Assembly (NCBI GenBank): GCA_963666975.2
Contig: CAXVYR010000003.1
Location: forward strand, 1,304,577-1,368,576
Direction: 5' to 3'
From: Terriglobia bacterium
GTDB lineage: Bacteria; Acidobacteriota; Terriglobia; 2-12-FULL-54-10
DNA length: 64,000 nucleotides
Shown: positions 1 to 9,392 of the stretch, in pieces
Layout of the letters: every line of letters starts with the position of its first letter
Numbering within the stretch: the stretch's first letter is position 1
Notes under the pieces: model-generated
What the model was told of the DNA's origin: nothing
The model's input: the letters and a program-made list of their open reading frames with translations, nothing else
Databases searched by the model: none
Made by a program: the position numbers and the translations under genes

Positions 1-188
1 CCGCAGCCAAAGCAGTAGTAAAACTGCCGCGCCGCATGCACCGAAAAGGAAGGAGTCTTTTCCTGATGAAAGGGGCACAAACCCAGATAGTTGTTGCCGC
101 TCTTCTTCAGCCGAACCTGCTCGCCGATGACGCGAACAATATCGGCGGCGCTTTTTACATGCTGTGCGAAATCACTGGGCAGGGCCAT
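1..188 (-). CDS. dnaG: DNA primase, N-terminal zinc-binding domain (partial, runs off window edge)
   Basis: Manual translation from ATG at 188: MALPSDFAQHVKSAADIVRVIGEQVRLKKSGNNYLGLCPFHQEKTPSFSVHAARQFYYCFGCG; CPFHxEKTPSF...YCFGC is the DnaG CHC2 zinc finger. Not in the ORF track. Confidence 0.95.
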   Translation of the reverse strand, partial: MALPSDFAQHVKSAADIVRVIGEQVRLKKSGNNYLGLCPFHQEKTPSFSVHAARQFYYCFGC

Positions 189-292
189 GGGTCCACAGAT
201 TATACAGCTTCGGCAAAATCGAGGGATTCAGTATTCTCGGTTCTTTCGGTCGCGTTCGAAGCGGTTTTCCTCCTGAGTTCCGAATCCTGCCG

Positions 293-512
293 CCATCCGA
301 GCCGCGACAGTAATGGAGCACCCTGCCAACCTGGCTCACCAGGAACAGCTCGGGATCATAGCCACCGCTTCAGACATCAAATCGGTTTGGGCATCGCTAT
401 CGTTCGGACAACTTGCCAAAATCACAGACCCAGCGCCAAATTGTACATATTTCGCTGTGGGTCACGGTTGCCGTCCTGAGCAACCGCTCCATTACTGTCG
501 CGGCTCGGATGG
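293..512. repeat. REPIN/MITE-like element with perfect 27-bp terminal inverted repeats
   Basis: ccatccgagccgcgacagtaatggagc (293-319) is the exact reverse complement of gctccattactgtcgcggctcggatgg (486-512). Confidence 0.85.
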
Positions 513-630
513 GGTTGTGCCTTCGATAACTGCGATCTCCTCTTCCGTCAGGCCGTACAACTCATACACCAGCCGGTCAATCTCCGCGTCGGTCGAGTTA
601 ATCTGGCGCTGGAGAACAGCCTTCTGGGCT
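492..630 (-). pseudogene. C-terminal remnant of a Type IIG/IIL-like restriction-modification enzyme
   Basis: LQRQINSTDAEIDRLVYELYGLTEEEIAVIE resembles the typical C-terminus of TaqI-like/Eco57I-like fused RM proteins; the rest of ORF 492-845 is made of REP sequence. Confidence 0.7.
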
Positions 631-789
631 GCTGCTTTAATCAGAGCCGCGACTGTGAAGGCGCGTTCACACAACCAACATAATCCCGCAACGCCTGAGC
701 GATCATTGCGACTCTCGGTTTTGTCATCCCCCATTACTTCCACGTTCGTTGACCAAGCAACGAATCTCGGTTCCCACCCGACGTTCGGT

Positions 790-843
790 GGCCGCTCCAT
801 GACTGTCCCCTCGGCTTTGCTCGGGGCAGGCGCGGCTCGGATC
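790..843. repeat. REP (ccgctcc...gcggctcgg family) with a nested cctcggctttgctcggggcagg hairpin
   Basis: Same flanks as 484-510, with about 24 extra bp inserted in the middle. Confidence 0.7.
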
Positions 844-3403
844 ATACCTTCAACTCAACAATCGTTGCCCCGGCTCCTCCTTCATTCTGGGGAGCCGTGG
901 AAAATTTCTCCACGTGCGGATGTTCGGCAAACATTTCCGCCAGGGTTTTCCGCAGGATTCCCTTTCCGCTCCCATGGACGATCCGCACCTGTGACAGTTG
1001 CGCCAGGAAGGCATTATCCAAAAATTTGTCCACGCGCCGCCGGGCTTCCTCCGCTGTCTCCCCGATGACGTTGATCTCCGAAAGAGAGCCTTTGGCCGCC
1101 GTTTCCATCCGGATGCTCACTGCCTGCGGCGCAAAATCCTTTTTGGCAGGAGTGGCGGGGATCACTTCCTCTATATCCTCTGCGGGAACCCTGGTGTGCA
1201 GGCGACCGATCTCCACCTCCAGCCAATCCTGCGTCCTGTTGCGGACAGTGCCCACCTTGCCGAAACTTTTTAATCTTACATGGTCGCCCACTCGCGCTTC
1301 CGGCTTCGCTTCTGTTAGGCCGGGATCAGTTACCCCTTCCCCGGCGAGGTGGCCGACCACGGTTTGCCGCAACTCTTCGGCGGCCTGCTGGCGGAGCCGG
1401 GACGCCATGCGTGCGGCCTCTCGCTGGGGGTCCGTCCGGCGCGCACGTCCAGTCGCACTCCCGGTCACATGAGTGGTCGCATGAGTGGCCGCCTGCGCGC
1501 TGACTTCGCGCAGCTTCTGCGCGGCTTGTTCTTCAAAACTTTGCCAGAGCGATTCCAGTTGCCGCTCCCACTGCCGGGTCCGCTCGGCTTCTCGCTGACG
1601 GAGCATTGCATTCCATTCTTTCTCTTGTTGTGCCAGCGCGGCTTGTTTTGCCTCCAACTCGGCGCGCACGCGAATGGAGGCGTCCTCCGCGCCCCGCAAC
1701 CGGGCCAGGAGATCCTCCACCTCCGCATGGGCGGAGGTCAAAGCCAGCCGAGCCCGCTCCAGCACCTCCGGCTGAAGTCCCAGTCTTTGGGCAATGGCAA
1801 GCCCGCTCGACTTTCCGGGCCATCCCATCTCCAGACGGTACGTCGGCTGGAGCGTCTCCTCGTCAAAACCCATGCTGGCATTTTTCACCCCGGCGGTGTT
1901 GGTCGCATAGGCCTTCAGCGCCAGATGATGAGTAGAAACAATGGCAAAGGCGCCGGCGGATCGAAAGCTGTCCACCACGGCCACGCCCAAGGCCCCGGCC
2001 TCCTCCGGGTCGGTGGCGGAGCCCACTTCATCCAGCAGCACGAGCGAGTTCCGGCTGGCCGCCCCAATCATAGAAGAAATGTTCAGCAGATGAGCCGAAA
2101 AAGTGCTGAGGCTTTCCTGGATGGATTGGTAGTCTCCGATGTCGGCCAGGATGCGGTCGAAAACCGGGAACTCAGCCTCAGCGGCAGGCACCGGCAGACC
2201 CGCCAGGGCCATCAGCGCCAGCAGGCCCGCTGTCTTCAAGGCAACAGTTTTTCCTCCCGTGTTGGGGCCGCTGATGACCAGGACCCGGTCCTCGCCTTCC
2301 ATCGCCAGCGACACTGGAACTACCGGCGTTCCCTTTTTCCGCAGGAGGGCTTCGAGCAAAGGGTGTCTGGCGTCTTGCAAGACAAGGCGTGCAGGACCGG
2401 AGGCGGGACTGAACCGGGGAATGACGCAGTCATAATCAATGGCAAACCGACCGCAGGCAAATGCCAGGTCCAGCACTCCCAAACAGTCGGCCGTCTCGGA
2501 AAGCTCACGCGCCTGCTGCCGCAAGTGGTAAGTCATCTCGGTCAAAATTCTGAAAATTTCCCGCTTCTCTTCCTCCATCAAGCGGACCAATTCGTTATTC
2601 AGGTCCATGGTCTCCAGCGGCTCAACGTAAACCGTCTGGCCGCTGGAGCTGGAGCCGTGCACGATGCCCTTTACCCGTCCCTTGCGTTCCACGCGAACCG
2701 GCACCACAAACCGCTCGCCGCGGATGGTAATGATCTGCTCCTGCGCAGAAGCTTCTTCCGTCTGGCTCCGCAGGAAGTTGCGGAGAGAGGAATGTATCAG
2801 TGCTCTCTGCTTTTCCTCTTCCCGCCGAATTCGTTTCAGCTCCGGGCTGGCATGGTCGTCCAGCTCGCCCGAGGGCAGAATTTTTCCACGCAACTGCTTC
2901 AGCAGGAAATGGAAATCACCGATGCGCGAAGCCTGTTCAGCCAGCCGGTCAAACCTGCCGGCGACCGCGAGCAGGTTTCGCTTGATATTAGACGCTTTTT
3001 CGGCAAGGGCGAGCAGTTCCACGATCTCCGAAATTTCGAGCGTTCCCCCATCCAGCGCTGCTTTGGAAAGTGCCGGATCAGGATCGGTCAAGCCTGAGAA
3101 ATTCAGCGGCAGGGTAGGAGATGGCTCGTCACGCGGCAGCAAAATGGCTCTGCTGGTTCCAGGCCGCTGTTGTTGCCAGACACTTTTGCTTTTTGCTTCC
3201 TGCGACTCTCGATTTAACCCAATATTGGACCGCAGATATTCCCTGGCTTGTTCCGCAAGCTGCTGCCTGGCGGTAATCACATCCAGTTCCTGCAAGAGAA
3301 CCAATGAACGCAGCTTGGCCTTTCCCAGCGGGCAGCGGACATAGCTCTCCAGCAGCGATAACAGCTCGTCGAATTCCAACAGCTTGAAAGTGTCTGCACT
3401 CAT
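842..3403 (-). CDS. mutS2: Endonuclease MutS2
   Basis: Walker A GPNTGGKT, DIGDxQSI, LLDEVGSATDP, coiled coil, KOW-like domain and C-terminal Smr domain (IVHGSGKGILR...GGAGAT). Confidence 0.95.
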   Translation of the reverse strand: MSADTFKLLEFDELLSLLESYVRCPLGKAKLRSLVLLQELDVITARQQLAEQAREYLRSNIGLNRESQEAKSKSVWQQQRPGTSRAILLPRDEPSPTLPLNFSGLTDPDPALSKAALDGGTLEISEIVELLALAEKASNIKRNLLAVAGRFDRLAEQASRIGDFHFLLKQLRGKILPSGELDDHASPELKRIRREEEKQRALIHSSLRNFLRSQTEEASAQEQIITIRGERFVVPVRVERKGRVKGIVHGSSSSGQTVYVEPLETMDLNNELVRLMEEEKREIFRILTEMTYHLRQQARELSETADCLGVLDLAFACGRFAIDYDCVIPRFSPASGPARLVLQDARHPLLEALLRKKGTPVVPVSLAMEGEDRVLVISGPNTGGKTVALKTAGLLALMALAGLPVPAAEAEFPVFDRILADIGDYQSIQESLSTFSAHLLNISSMIGAASRNSLVLLDEVGSATDPEEAGALGVAVVDSFRSAGAFAIVSTHHLALKAYATNTAGVKNASMGFDEETLQPTYRLEMGWPGKSSGLAIAQRLGLQPEVLERARLALTSAHAEVEDLLARLRGAEDASIRVRAELEAKQAALAQQEKEWNAMLRQREAERTRQWERQLESLWQSFEEQAAQKLREVSAQAATHATTHVTGSATGRARRTDPQREAARMASRLRQQAAEELRQTVVGHLAGEGVTDPGLTEAKPEARVGDHVRLKSFGKVGTVRNRTQDWLEVEIGRLHTRVPAEDIEEVIPATPAKKDFAPQAVSIRMETAAKGSLSEINVIGETAEEARRRVDKFLDNAFLAQLSQVRIVHGSGKGILRKTLAEMFAEHPHVEKFSTAPQNEGGAGATIVELKV

Positions 3404-3489
3404 ATCGCCGGATACCGTTCGTGAAAAGCGGAACCTTCAGAACGCGGCCTGCGCCGGAATGGCAAAAACAACCCGGAACAAAATTCCCC

Positions 3490-4413
3490 TCAGCCCCGTT
3501 TCTGGAGCTCCGATACAACCTCCGCCGGGGGAAGATAACAATTCCGGTTGATGTCACAAACAGCGTGCTCAAACTGGATGGTGGTGTGGCTGATGTGAAA
3601 CTCCCGCTCCAGCACAGAGTTGATCTGTTTCAGGATTTCTTCGCTCTTGGAGGGAGGAATGTCCGCAATGCAAACATGGCAACTCATGGAATGGATACTC
3701 GATCCCAAACTCCAAATGTGAACGTCGTGAACTCCCTCCACCCCCTCAATCCGGAGCATCGCCTGAACTACCGTGTCCAGCCGCAGGCCGCGCGGAAGCC
3801 CCTCCAGCAGAATGTTCAGCGTTTCCCGGATGATGTCCACGCTGCTCCACAGGATCAATCCTCCGATCAGGAAGCTGAGAATCGGGTCGATCTGCTGCCA
3901 GCCGGTTCGCTGGATGAGCCAGCCGCCGATCACGATGCCGCCAGTGGAAACCGCATCGCCCGCCGTGTGGATGAAAGCGCTCCGCACGTTGACGTCCCGG
4001 CGGCTCCCCCGGAACAGGGCAATCGACACGCCGGCGTCCACCACGAAGCCCGCAGCGGCCACCCTCATCATCCACTCCGCATCCACCGGACGGGGACTCT
4101 GCAACCGCTGGTAGGCTTCGTAAAAGATGTACAGCGCGATCACGATCAGCGTGAACGCATTGACAAAAGCCGCCAGAACACCGGCGCGATGGTAGCCATA
4201 GGTCTTGGTTTCGTCGGCGGGTTTGGCCTGCAAGTAAAAGGCAAACCAGGCGAGGAGGAGAGCCAGCGAATCGGAAAAGTTGTGGCCCGCGTCGCTGAGC
4301 AGGGCCAGGGAGTTCGTCAGGTAGCCGGCCACGGCTTCGGCCAGCGCCAGCGCCAGCATCACAAAAATGGAATATTTTAATACCGCGCGGGTGTTGAAGT
4401 CGTGAACATGCAT
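3490..4413 (-). CDS. CDF-family cation (Zn/Co/Cd) efflux transporter, CzcD/ZitB-like
   Basis: SLALLSDAGHNFSD, TYGYHR, AFIHTAGD, VHDVHIWSL, HTTIQFE motifs. Confidence 0.93.
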   Translation of the reverse strand: MHVHDFNTRAVLKYSIFVMLALALAEAVAGYLTNSLALLSDAGHNFSDSLALLLAWFAFYLQAKPADETKTYGYHRAGVLAAFVNAFTLIVIALYIFYEAYQRLQSPRPVDAEWMMRVAAAGFVVDAGVSIALFRGSRRDVNVRSAFIHTAGDAVSTGGIVIGGWLIQRTGWQQIDPILSFLIGGLILWSSVDIIRETLNILLEGLPRGLRLDTVVQAMLRIEGVEGVHDVHIWSLGSSIHSMSCHVCIADIPPSKSEEILKQINSVLEREFHISHTTIQFEHAVCDINRNCYLPPAEVVSELQKRG

Positions 4414-4607
4414 GGCGCTGTTTTTCTTGCCCTCAGTCTACTGGACTAACAATTGACGGGTCAAGGACGGCGGCAACCGGACGCAGCACCCGGACACAGC
4501 AACAAAGAACCGGAAAGCAAAACAGGTAAACAGGAAGCACGAGACGCAAAGGCTGGGAGACAAGTTGGAAGGGGGGAGCGCAGGGCCGCACGCAGAAAAT
4601 TGAAGGA

Positions 4608-5552
4608 TTAGCCGGGAGGCCTAACCGCAAAGTATCCGCGTCGCGCTCTGACACGCAGGTCTTTCTTTTGCGGAATGATTTCGATCTCGTGGTAGGTCCC
4701 ATCGCGGGGCGTCGTGGACCGGTAAGAGATGCTGTACTGGCTCCGAAGCTCCGTGTCGATCTCCTGGAATGCCCGGCTCAAATCCTCCATGTTGTGCGGC
4801 TGAAAGAACCGCCCTCCGGTCTCCTCGGCAAACACCTTTAGAACCTTGTCGCCCGGAAACGGGATGCCACGGATATTGGTGCTGATGGTATATAGAATCA
4901 CTCCGGCCCGCTGCGACATTTCCAGCGCCTGGAAGCGGGTGGAGCGGCTCTGGTTGTCCTCTCCGTCGCTCAAGACCACCATGGTGCGGCGGACTTGGCT
5001 CGCGGGATACGCTTCGTCCATCATTTTGTTCTTGCTGCCGAAATAGATCGCATCGTAGAGCGACGTTCCCCCGCCGGGCCGGAGCGACTCGACCGCACCG
5101 ACCAGCTTGTCTATGTCATCGGTGAAGTCCTGCACCAACTCGGCCATGCTGTCAAAGCTTCCCAGAAACGCCTGATCCTTTCCGAACCGGACCAAGGAGC
5201 GCAAGAAATCCGCCGCAGCCCTTTGCTCAAACCCAAAGCGGTCCCGGATGCTGTTGCTGGTGTCAATCAGAAGGCCGATGCGAAGCGGGACATCGGTCTC
5301 GCGGGAGAAGGCGATAATCTCCTGCGGCTGCTTCTCCTCCAAAACGCGGAAATCCTCCTGGTTCAGGTCCGTGATTAAGCGGCCCTTCTTGTCGGTGACG
5401 ATGAACTGGACGTTCACCTCCTCCACCAGCACGCGGATGGGAGGAGCTTCTTCCTCCTGGAATACGGGTTCCTGGGAAGCGTCGGGTTGCTGGGCAAAGG
5501 CTTGCCCCAGTGAAATCGAAAATAGAGAAATGGCCAAAAATACGTTGGTCAT
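4608..5552 (-). CDS. Secreted VWA-domain protein (acidobacterial VWFA-related type)
   Basis: Signal peptide; VTDKKG..ITDL...F; MIDAS DTSNS; GGTSLYDAI; LSDGEDNQS; ETGG; ELRSQY; RARRGY. Confidence 0.9.
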   Translation of the reverse strand: MTNVFLAISLFSISLGQAFAQQPDASQEPVFQEEEAPPIRVLVEEVNVQFIVTDKKGRLITDLNQEDFRVLEEKQPQEIIAFSRETDVPLRIGLLIDTSNSIRDRFGFEQRAAADFLRSLVRFGKDQAFLGSFDSMAELVQDFTDDIDKLVGAVESLRPGGGTSLYDAIYFGSKNKMMDEAYPASQVRRTMVVLSDGEDNQSRSTRFQALEMSQRAGVILYTISTNIRGIPFPGDKVLKVFAEETGGRFFQPHNMEDLSRAFQEIDTELRSQYSISYRSTTPRDGTYHEIEIIPQKKDLRVRARRGYFAVRPPG

Positions 5553-5631
5553 ACGGCTGGAAATTATTATAGGCCCTTTGTTTGTACAGGGTCAAACTGA
5601 ATTGCGGCCGGGGTGAACCTGCCCGGAAGCA

Positions 5632-5728
5632 GGTGGCCATCACAGCAAATTGGCAGTCAAGATTTGCCGTGGGTTTGTAAATTCGGGAAAAGCTTACGGC
5701 GGGAAAAAGCACTCGCCGTAATGGCTAC
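5632..5728. repeat. GTAG-type REPIN (family 'gccgtgggtttgtaaattcgggaaaagc')
   Basis: Two hairpins ending in ggctac; related to 6712-6747, 14115-14202 and about 35730-35812. Confidence 0.8.
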
Positions 5729-6531
5729 ACCGCTTTAGAAAGCTCGTCGACCACATGTTCAATTGCGGCGAGGGCTGAAAGTGCCGTAGCACGACTACAC
5801 TTCTGTGCCTCCCTTGCAGCCTTGCCGGGATGAATCAAGTTACGGAACTCTCGGGCTATGCGGCACTGAGCAGCGGTTTCGTCATTGATAATCTTAAGAC
5901 GATGACAAACCTCTGTAAGTTGATGCAGATTCCAATCATTCCTGTCTTTTGGAGGAATTTTAGGGAAACATCCTGAATCTTTTAACGCACTACCTGCATC
6001 AGCGACCTTACCAGGGGATTTTGCGTCGTGTCGCTCGACCGCCCACAATAGAAGCGCCTCAACCACAGAACCGGATACAACCGTGCAACCTTTCCAATCT
6101 GCAGCCCAGTACGAGCGATTGGCACCTGTGATGTCGAGCCGAAGAGTTTCCTGAAATTGAGAATCCGGTATGAAGGCGAGATCGGCTATAGTCGGCGCAA
6201 CGACATCATCGGGCAGACTGGCCAAGTGCTTCCGAAGAAACACGAGTGGATGGATTTCGTTTCGTCCGGACACCTTATCACATGTATGGTTTATGTTCCC
6301 TGTCCGCCAAGCATCAACGGCCACGCGAATTGTCTCCACCGACTCGCCGTATTCAGCATGCTCGGTTCCTTTTAGTGTGATAATTCCCGGAGGCAACGCT
6401 TCGATAAGGTTTAAGAGGTACGAGAAAGCCGCAGCGTGCAAATATCCTATGGAATGCTGACCGTTCTTCACCTCATTAGGGTATTTCGCATCAAGATACG
6501 CAACGATTTCACTCGGAACAGTCATTGCCAT
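5725..6531 (-). CDS. Hypothetical protein with C-terminal HEPN-like RxxxxH motif
   Basis: 268-aa ORF, lower GC than neighbours; SGSVVEALL...REFRNLIHPG pattern. Confidence 0.7.
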   Translation of the reverse strand: MAMTVPSEIVAYLDAKYPNEVKNGQHSIGYLHAAAFSYLLNLIEALPPGIITLKGTEHAEYGESVETIRVAVDAWRTGNINHTCDKVSGRNEIHPLVFLRKHLASLPDDVVAPTIADLAFIPDSQFQETLRLDITGANRSYWAADWKGCTVVSGSVVEALLLWAVERHDAKSPGKVADAGSALKDSGCFPKIPPKDRNDWNLHQLTEVCHRLKIINDETAAQCRIAREFRNLIHPGKAAREAQKCSRATALSALAAIEHVVDELSKAV

Positions 6532-6711
6532 TCATTTCGAATCCGCCAAAAAGCTGAAACAGTAGTCTAGCTTCTGGTTAGGCGGATTTGGACTGGTTTT
6601 CACTTGGCCAGCCTATCACCAAATCTGCAGCGGCGTGCTGAAAATAACTTCTGGAGCCTAATGACATATGGTCGCTGAACGGTTTTGTCGGCATATCCGA
6701 AATTGATCATC

Positions 6712-6747
6712 TACCCGTAGGTTTGTAAATTCGGGAAAAGCCCACGG
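6712..6747. repeat. Partial copy of the GTAG-type REPIN
   Basis: ccgtaggtttgtaaattcgggaaaagcccacggc matches the central part of 5666-5700. Confidence 0.75.
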
Positions 6748-6771
6748 CCCGCGTTGAGCCTGTTCCGAATG

Positions 6772-7917
6772 TTATCTTGAAGTCTCCGTCCGCGGGGCCA
6801 GTTTCGCAAGGAAGCTTTCCAGGTCCTGCGGTAACGGCGAGCGGATCTCCAGCGCGTCGCCGGTGCCGGGATGACGGAAGCGAACCACCGCCGCATGTAA
6901 AAACGTCCGCTCCAAGGTGAGTACCAGCGCCTGAGAACGCTTGCCTTTTTGTTTCCGGCCCGGAGAAAGTTTCCCTTCTGAATCTCCATCCTGAACTCGT
7001 CCGTGTGATTCCTGAAACAGCAATTGCAATAACTCCTCCGGCAACTGTGCAGGAGCGCCGTAGAGCGTGTCGCCCGCCACGGGATGCCCGATGCTGGCCA
7101 GATGCGCGCGGACCTGATGGGTGCGGCCGGTATATATCCTCACGTCGAGCAGCGTAAAGCCACGGAAGCGTTTGAGGACGCGATACCGGCTCATGGCAGG
7201 GCGTCCCTGTGCTCTGCGTGTGGTCATGCGGACGCGCCGCGCAGGGTCGCGGCTGATGGGAGAGGAGATAACCGCCTCCGTCTTGCGGACCGTGCCATGC
7301 ACCAAAGCGATATAGTATTTCTCAATCGTCCGGCTGGCGAACTGCGCCGCCAGTTGCCGATGGGCAACGTCATTTTTCGCCACCAGCAAGACTCCTGAGG
7401 TATTCCGGTCCAAGCGGTGGACAATGCCGGGCCGCAACTCCCCGCCGACCTGCGAAAGACTCTGCAAGTGATGGAGCAAAGCATTCACCAGCGTCCCGCT
7501 GCGGACACCCGCTCCGGCGTGCACGACCATCCCTGCTGGTTTATCCACCGCGACTAGGTCTTCGTCTTCGTAGAGTATCTTCAGGGGAAGCGGTTCCGGG
7601 TAAGCACGCAAGGGTGGCGGAGGGGCCCACTCCACCCACAGGCGCTCCCCACCCCGCAGGCGGTAGCTGGCCTTGAGCGGCGCGGACGGTTTCACATCAT
7701 TTTCAGCATCAGCTTTAGCTTTAGCTTTATCATTCGCTTCAGCGGGGGGCGCACTATCCTCCACGCCCACATTGCCGTTGCGAAGAAGTTGCTGGATGCG
7801 GGAGCGGCTCAGCGCAGGGAGCCGCTCGGCGAGAAAGTGGTCCAGTCGCCGGCCTCGGTCCGACTCAGTCGCCGGAAAACTTTGCCGCGCGCCGGGACTG
7901 GGAGACAGTGTGTCCAT
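6772..7917 (-). CDS. rluD: RluA-family pseudouridine synthase (RluD-like)
   Basis: S4 domain RLDHFLA...SRSRIQ, VDKPAGMVVH, GIVHRLDRNTSG, GRTHQVR, LHA; start placed at ATG 7917 (MDTLSP) rather than the track's 8370. Confidence 0.9.
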   Translation of the reverse strand: MDTLSPSPGARQSFPATESDRGRRLDHFLAERLPALSRSRIQQLLRNGNVGVEDSAPPAEANDKAKAKADAENDVKPSAPLKASYRLRGGERLWVEWAPPPPLRAYPEPLPLKILYEDEDLVAVDKPAGMVVHAGAGVRSGTLVNALLHHLQSLSQVGGELRPGIVHRLDRNTSGVLLVAKNDVAHRQLAAQFASRTIEKYYIALVHGTVRKTEAVISSPISRDPARRVRMTTRRAQGRPAMSRYRVLKRFRGFTLLDVRIYTGRTHQVRAHLASIGHPVAGDTLYGAPAQLPEELLQLLFQESHGRVQDGDSEGKLSPGRKQKGKRSQALVLTLERTFLHAAVVRFRHPGTGDALEIRSPLPQDLESFLAKLAPRTETSR

Positions 7918-8722
7918 GGGAAGCGGAAACCGGTTCCAGCCGCTGACGGCTGGAGGAACTGAACCAGAGCAACCAGACCGCGAAGCCAACCAGCAGCAGA
8001 CCCGCCCACTGTGCGAGTGAAAACAACTGCCCTCCGAAATAGGCCGCCTCGGTATGGCTGCGAACAAATTCAATGATAAACCGGGCTGCAGGATAAAGCA
8101 GCAGATACCACCCCAGTATCTGCCCGTGGAAGCGTTTCTGCCGGTACAGGCGATACAATAAAGCAAAGATGGCAAGCTCAGCCGCCGCCTCATAGAGCTG
8201 TGTGGGATGCAGAGCGATATCGAGCGGCACGCCCACCGTCTGGTGGCTATAGGGATTGGAAAAGGTGACGCCCCAGGGCAGCGTGGTCGGCTCTCCCCAG
8301 CAGCACCCTGCCGAGAAGCATCCCAAACGCCCGAAGAAATGTCCCAGCGCAATCCCCGGAGCGAAGGCATCGGCGGTTTTCAGAAAAGGAAGCTGCACCC
8401 TGCGGCCGTACCACAAAGCCATTGCGATGCCGCCGATCAAACCGCCATAGAAGATGCCACCGGACTGAACAGTGGAAAACGAGAAGATTGCGCCGGGATT
8501 CTGCCGGTAGTAATCCATGTCCTGAAAAATCAGGAGCAGCTTGGCTCCCAGCAGAGCCGCAAGCGCCACATAGACGCCCAGATTATAGATCGCCGCTCTG
8601 TCCAGGCCCTCCTGCCGCGCCAGACGCAACGCCATAGCCAGGCCGATAGCAAAGCCGGACGCAACCAGCAGCCCGTAGGTGGGCAATACAAACGACCCAT
8701 AGCTGAATAATTGAGGAAACAT
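7865..8722 (-). CDS. lgt: Prolipoprotein diacylglyceryl transferase
   Basis: YGGLIGG, GRLGCF.AGCCWG, HPTQLYE, RFIIEF.R motifs; follows lspA. Confidence 0.95.
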   Translation of the reverse strand: MFPQLFSYGSFVLPTYGLLVASGFAIGLAMALRLARQEGLDRAAIYNLGVYVALAALLGAKLLLIFQDMDYYRQNPGAIFSFSTVQSGGIFYGGLIGGIAMALWYGRRVQLPFLKTADAFAPGIALGHFFGRLGCFSAGCCWGEPTTLPWGVTFSNPYSHQTVGVPLDIALHPTQLYEAAAELAIFALLYRLYRQKRFHGQILGWYLLLYPAARFIIEFVRSHTEAAYFGGQLFSLAQWAGLLLVGFAVWLLWFSSSSRQRLEPVSASHGHTVSQSRRAAKFSGD

Positions 8723-8792
8723 CTTATGTCTTAGGTGATTCGATGCACCGGCAGCAAATTCGGCGCCAGAAAGTTTCTATGCATCCTGCTTT

Positions 8793-9329
8793 TTACCGTG
8801 TCTCCGTAGAAGCAGAAGAGGTGGCAGAAGAGGCCGTGGAGGAACCGCCGAGGTCCCAGTTTGGCAGCCGTCCCGCGAACAGCTCCAGCAAAAGCAATCC
8901 GCTGCCGGCAACGATGGCGCTGTCGGCGGCGTTGAAAGCAGGCCAATGGTAGCTCCCGATATAAAAATCCAGGAAGTCGATGACGCTGCCGCGAACCACG
9001 CGGTCCACCAGGTTGCTTGCCGCTCCTCCCAGAATGCACGACAAGCCGATTCCGGCGCGGACGGCAGAGCGGGGATTCTTCCATAACAGGACGCCCACAA
9101 TCGCCAGCGCTGCCAGAGAGAAAAAGATCAGCAGGCCGAAGCTCAGGGCCGAGGAAGAATCGGAAAACAGGCCGAAGGCGATGCCCCGGTTCTCTACGCG
9201 AACCAGACGAAACAGGCCGGGGATAACCGGCGCCACGCTGTAGGCGGAAAGGTTCGATACAACCGCAAATTTGGTGATTTGGTCGAGCCCCACCACGCAG
9301 GCTGCAATGAGGAGATAAACAGAACGCAT
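8793..9329 (-). CDS. lspA: Signal peptidase II
   Basis: LDQITK, NRGIAFG, GGAASNLVDR, VIDFL, WPAFNAADSAI; conserved ileS-lspA linkage. Confidence 0.95.
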   Translation of the reverse strand: MRSVYLLIAACVVGLDQITKFAVVSNLSAYSVAPVIPGLFRLVRVENRGIAFGLFSDSSSALSFGLLIFFSLAALAIVGVLLWKNPRSAVRAGIGLSCILGGAASNLVDRVVRGSVIDFLDFYIGSYHWPAFNAADSAIVAGSGLLLLELFAGRLPNWDLGGSSTASSATSSASTETR

Positions 9330-9392
9330 CAGTTACCCCCGGGAGGCATCTTCACGCCAGCCGGCCTGTTTCCATTCCCTGTAGCGGCGGCG

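Noticed and set aside
1349-3097. 582-aa plus-strand ORF (also 3421-4380, 9279-10547, 17443-18765, 19216-20478)
   Set aside because: Antisense shadows of well-supported genes in GC-rich DNA.
7918-8370. N-terminal extension of the RluA ORF
   Set aside because: Overlaps lgt in another frame; the S4 domain begins just after ATG 7917.
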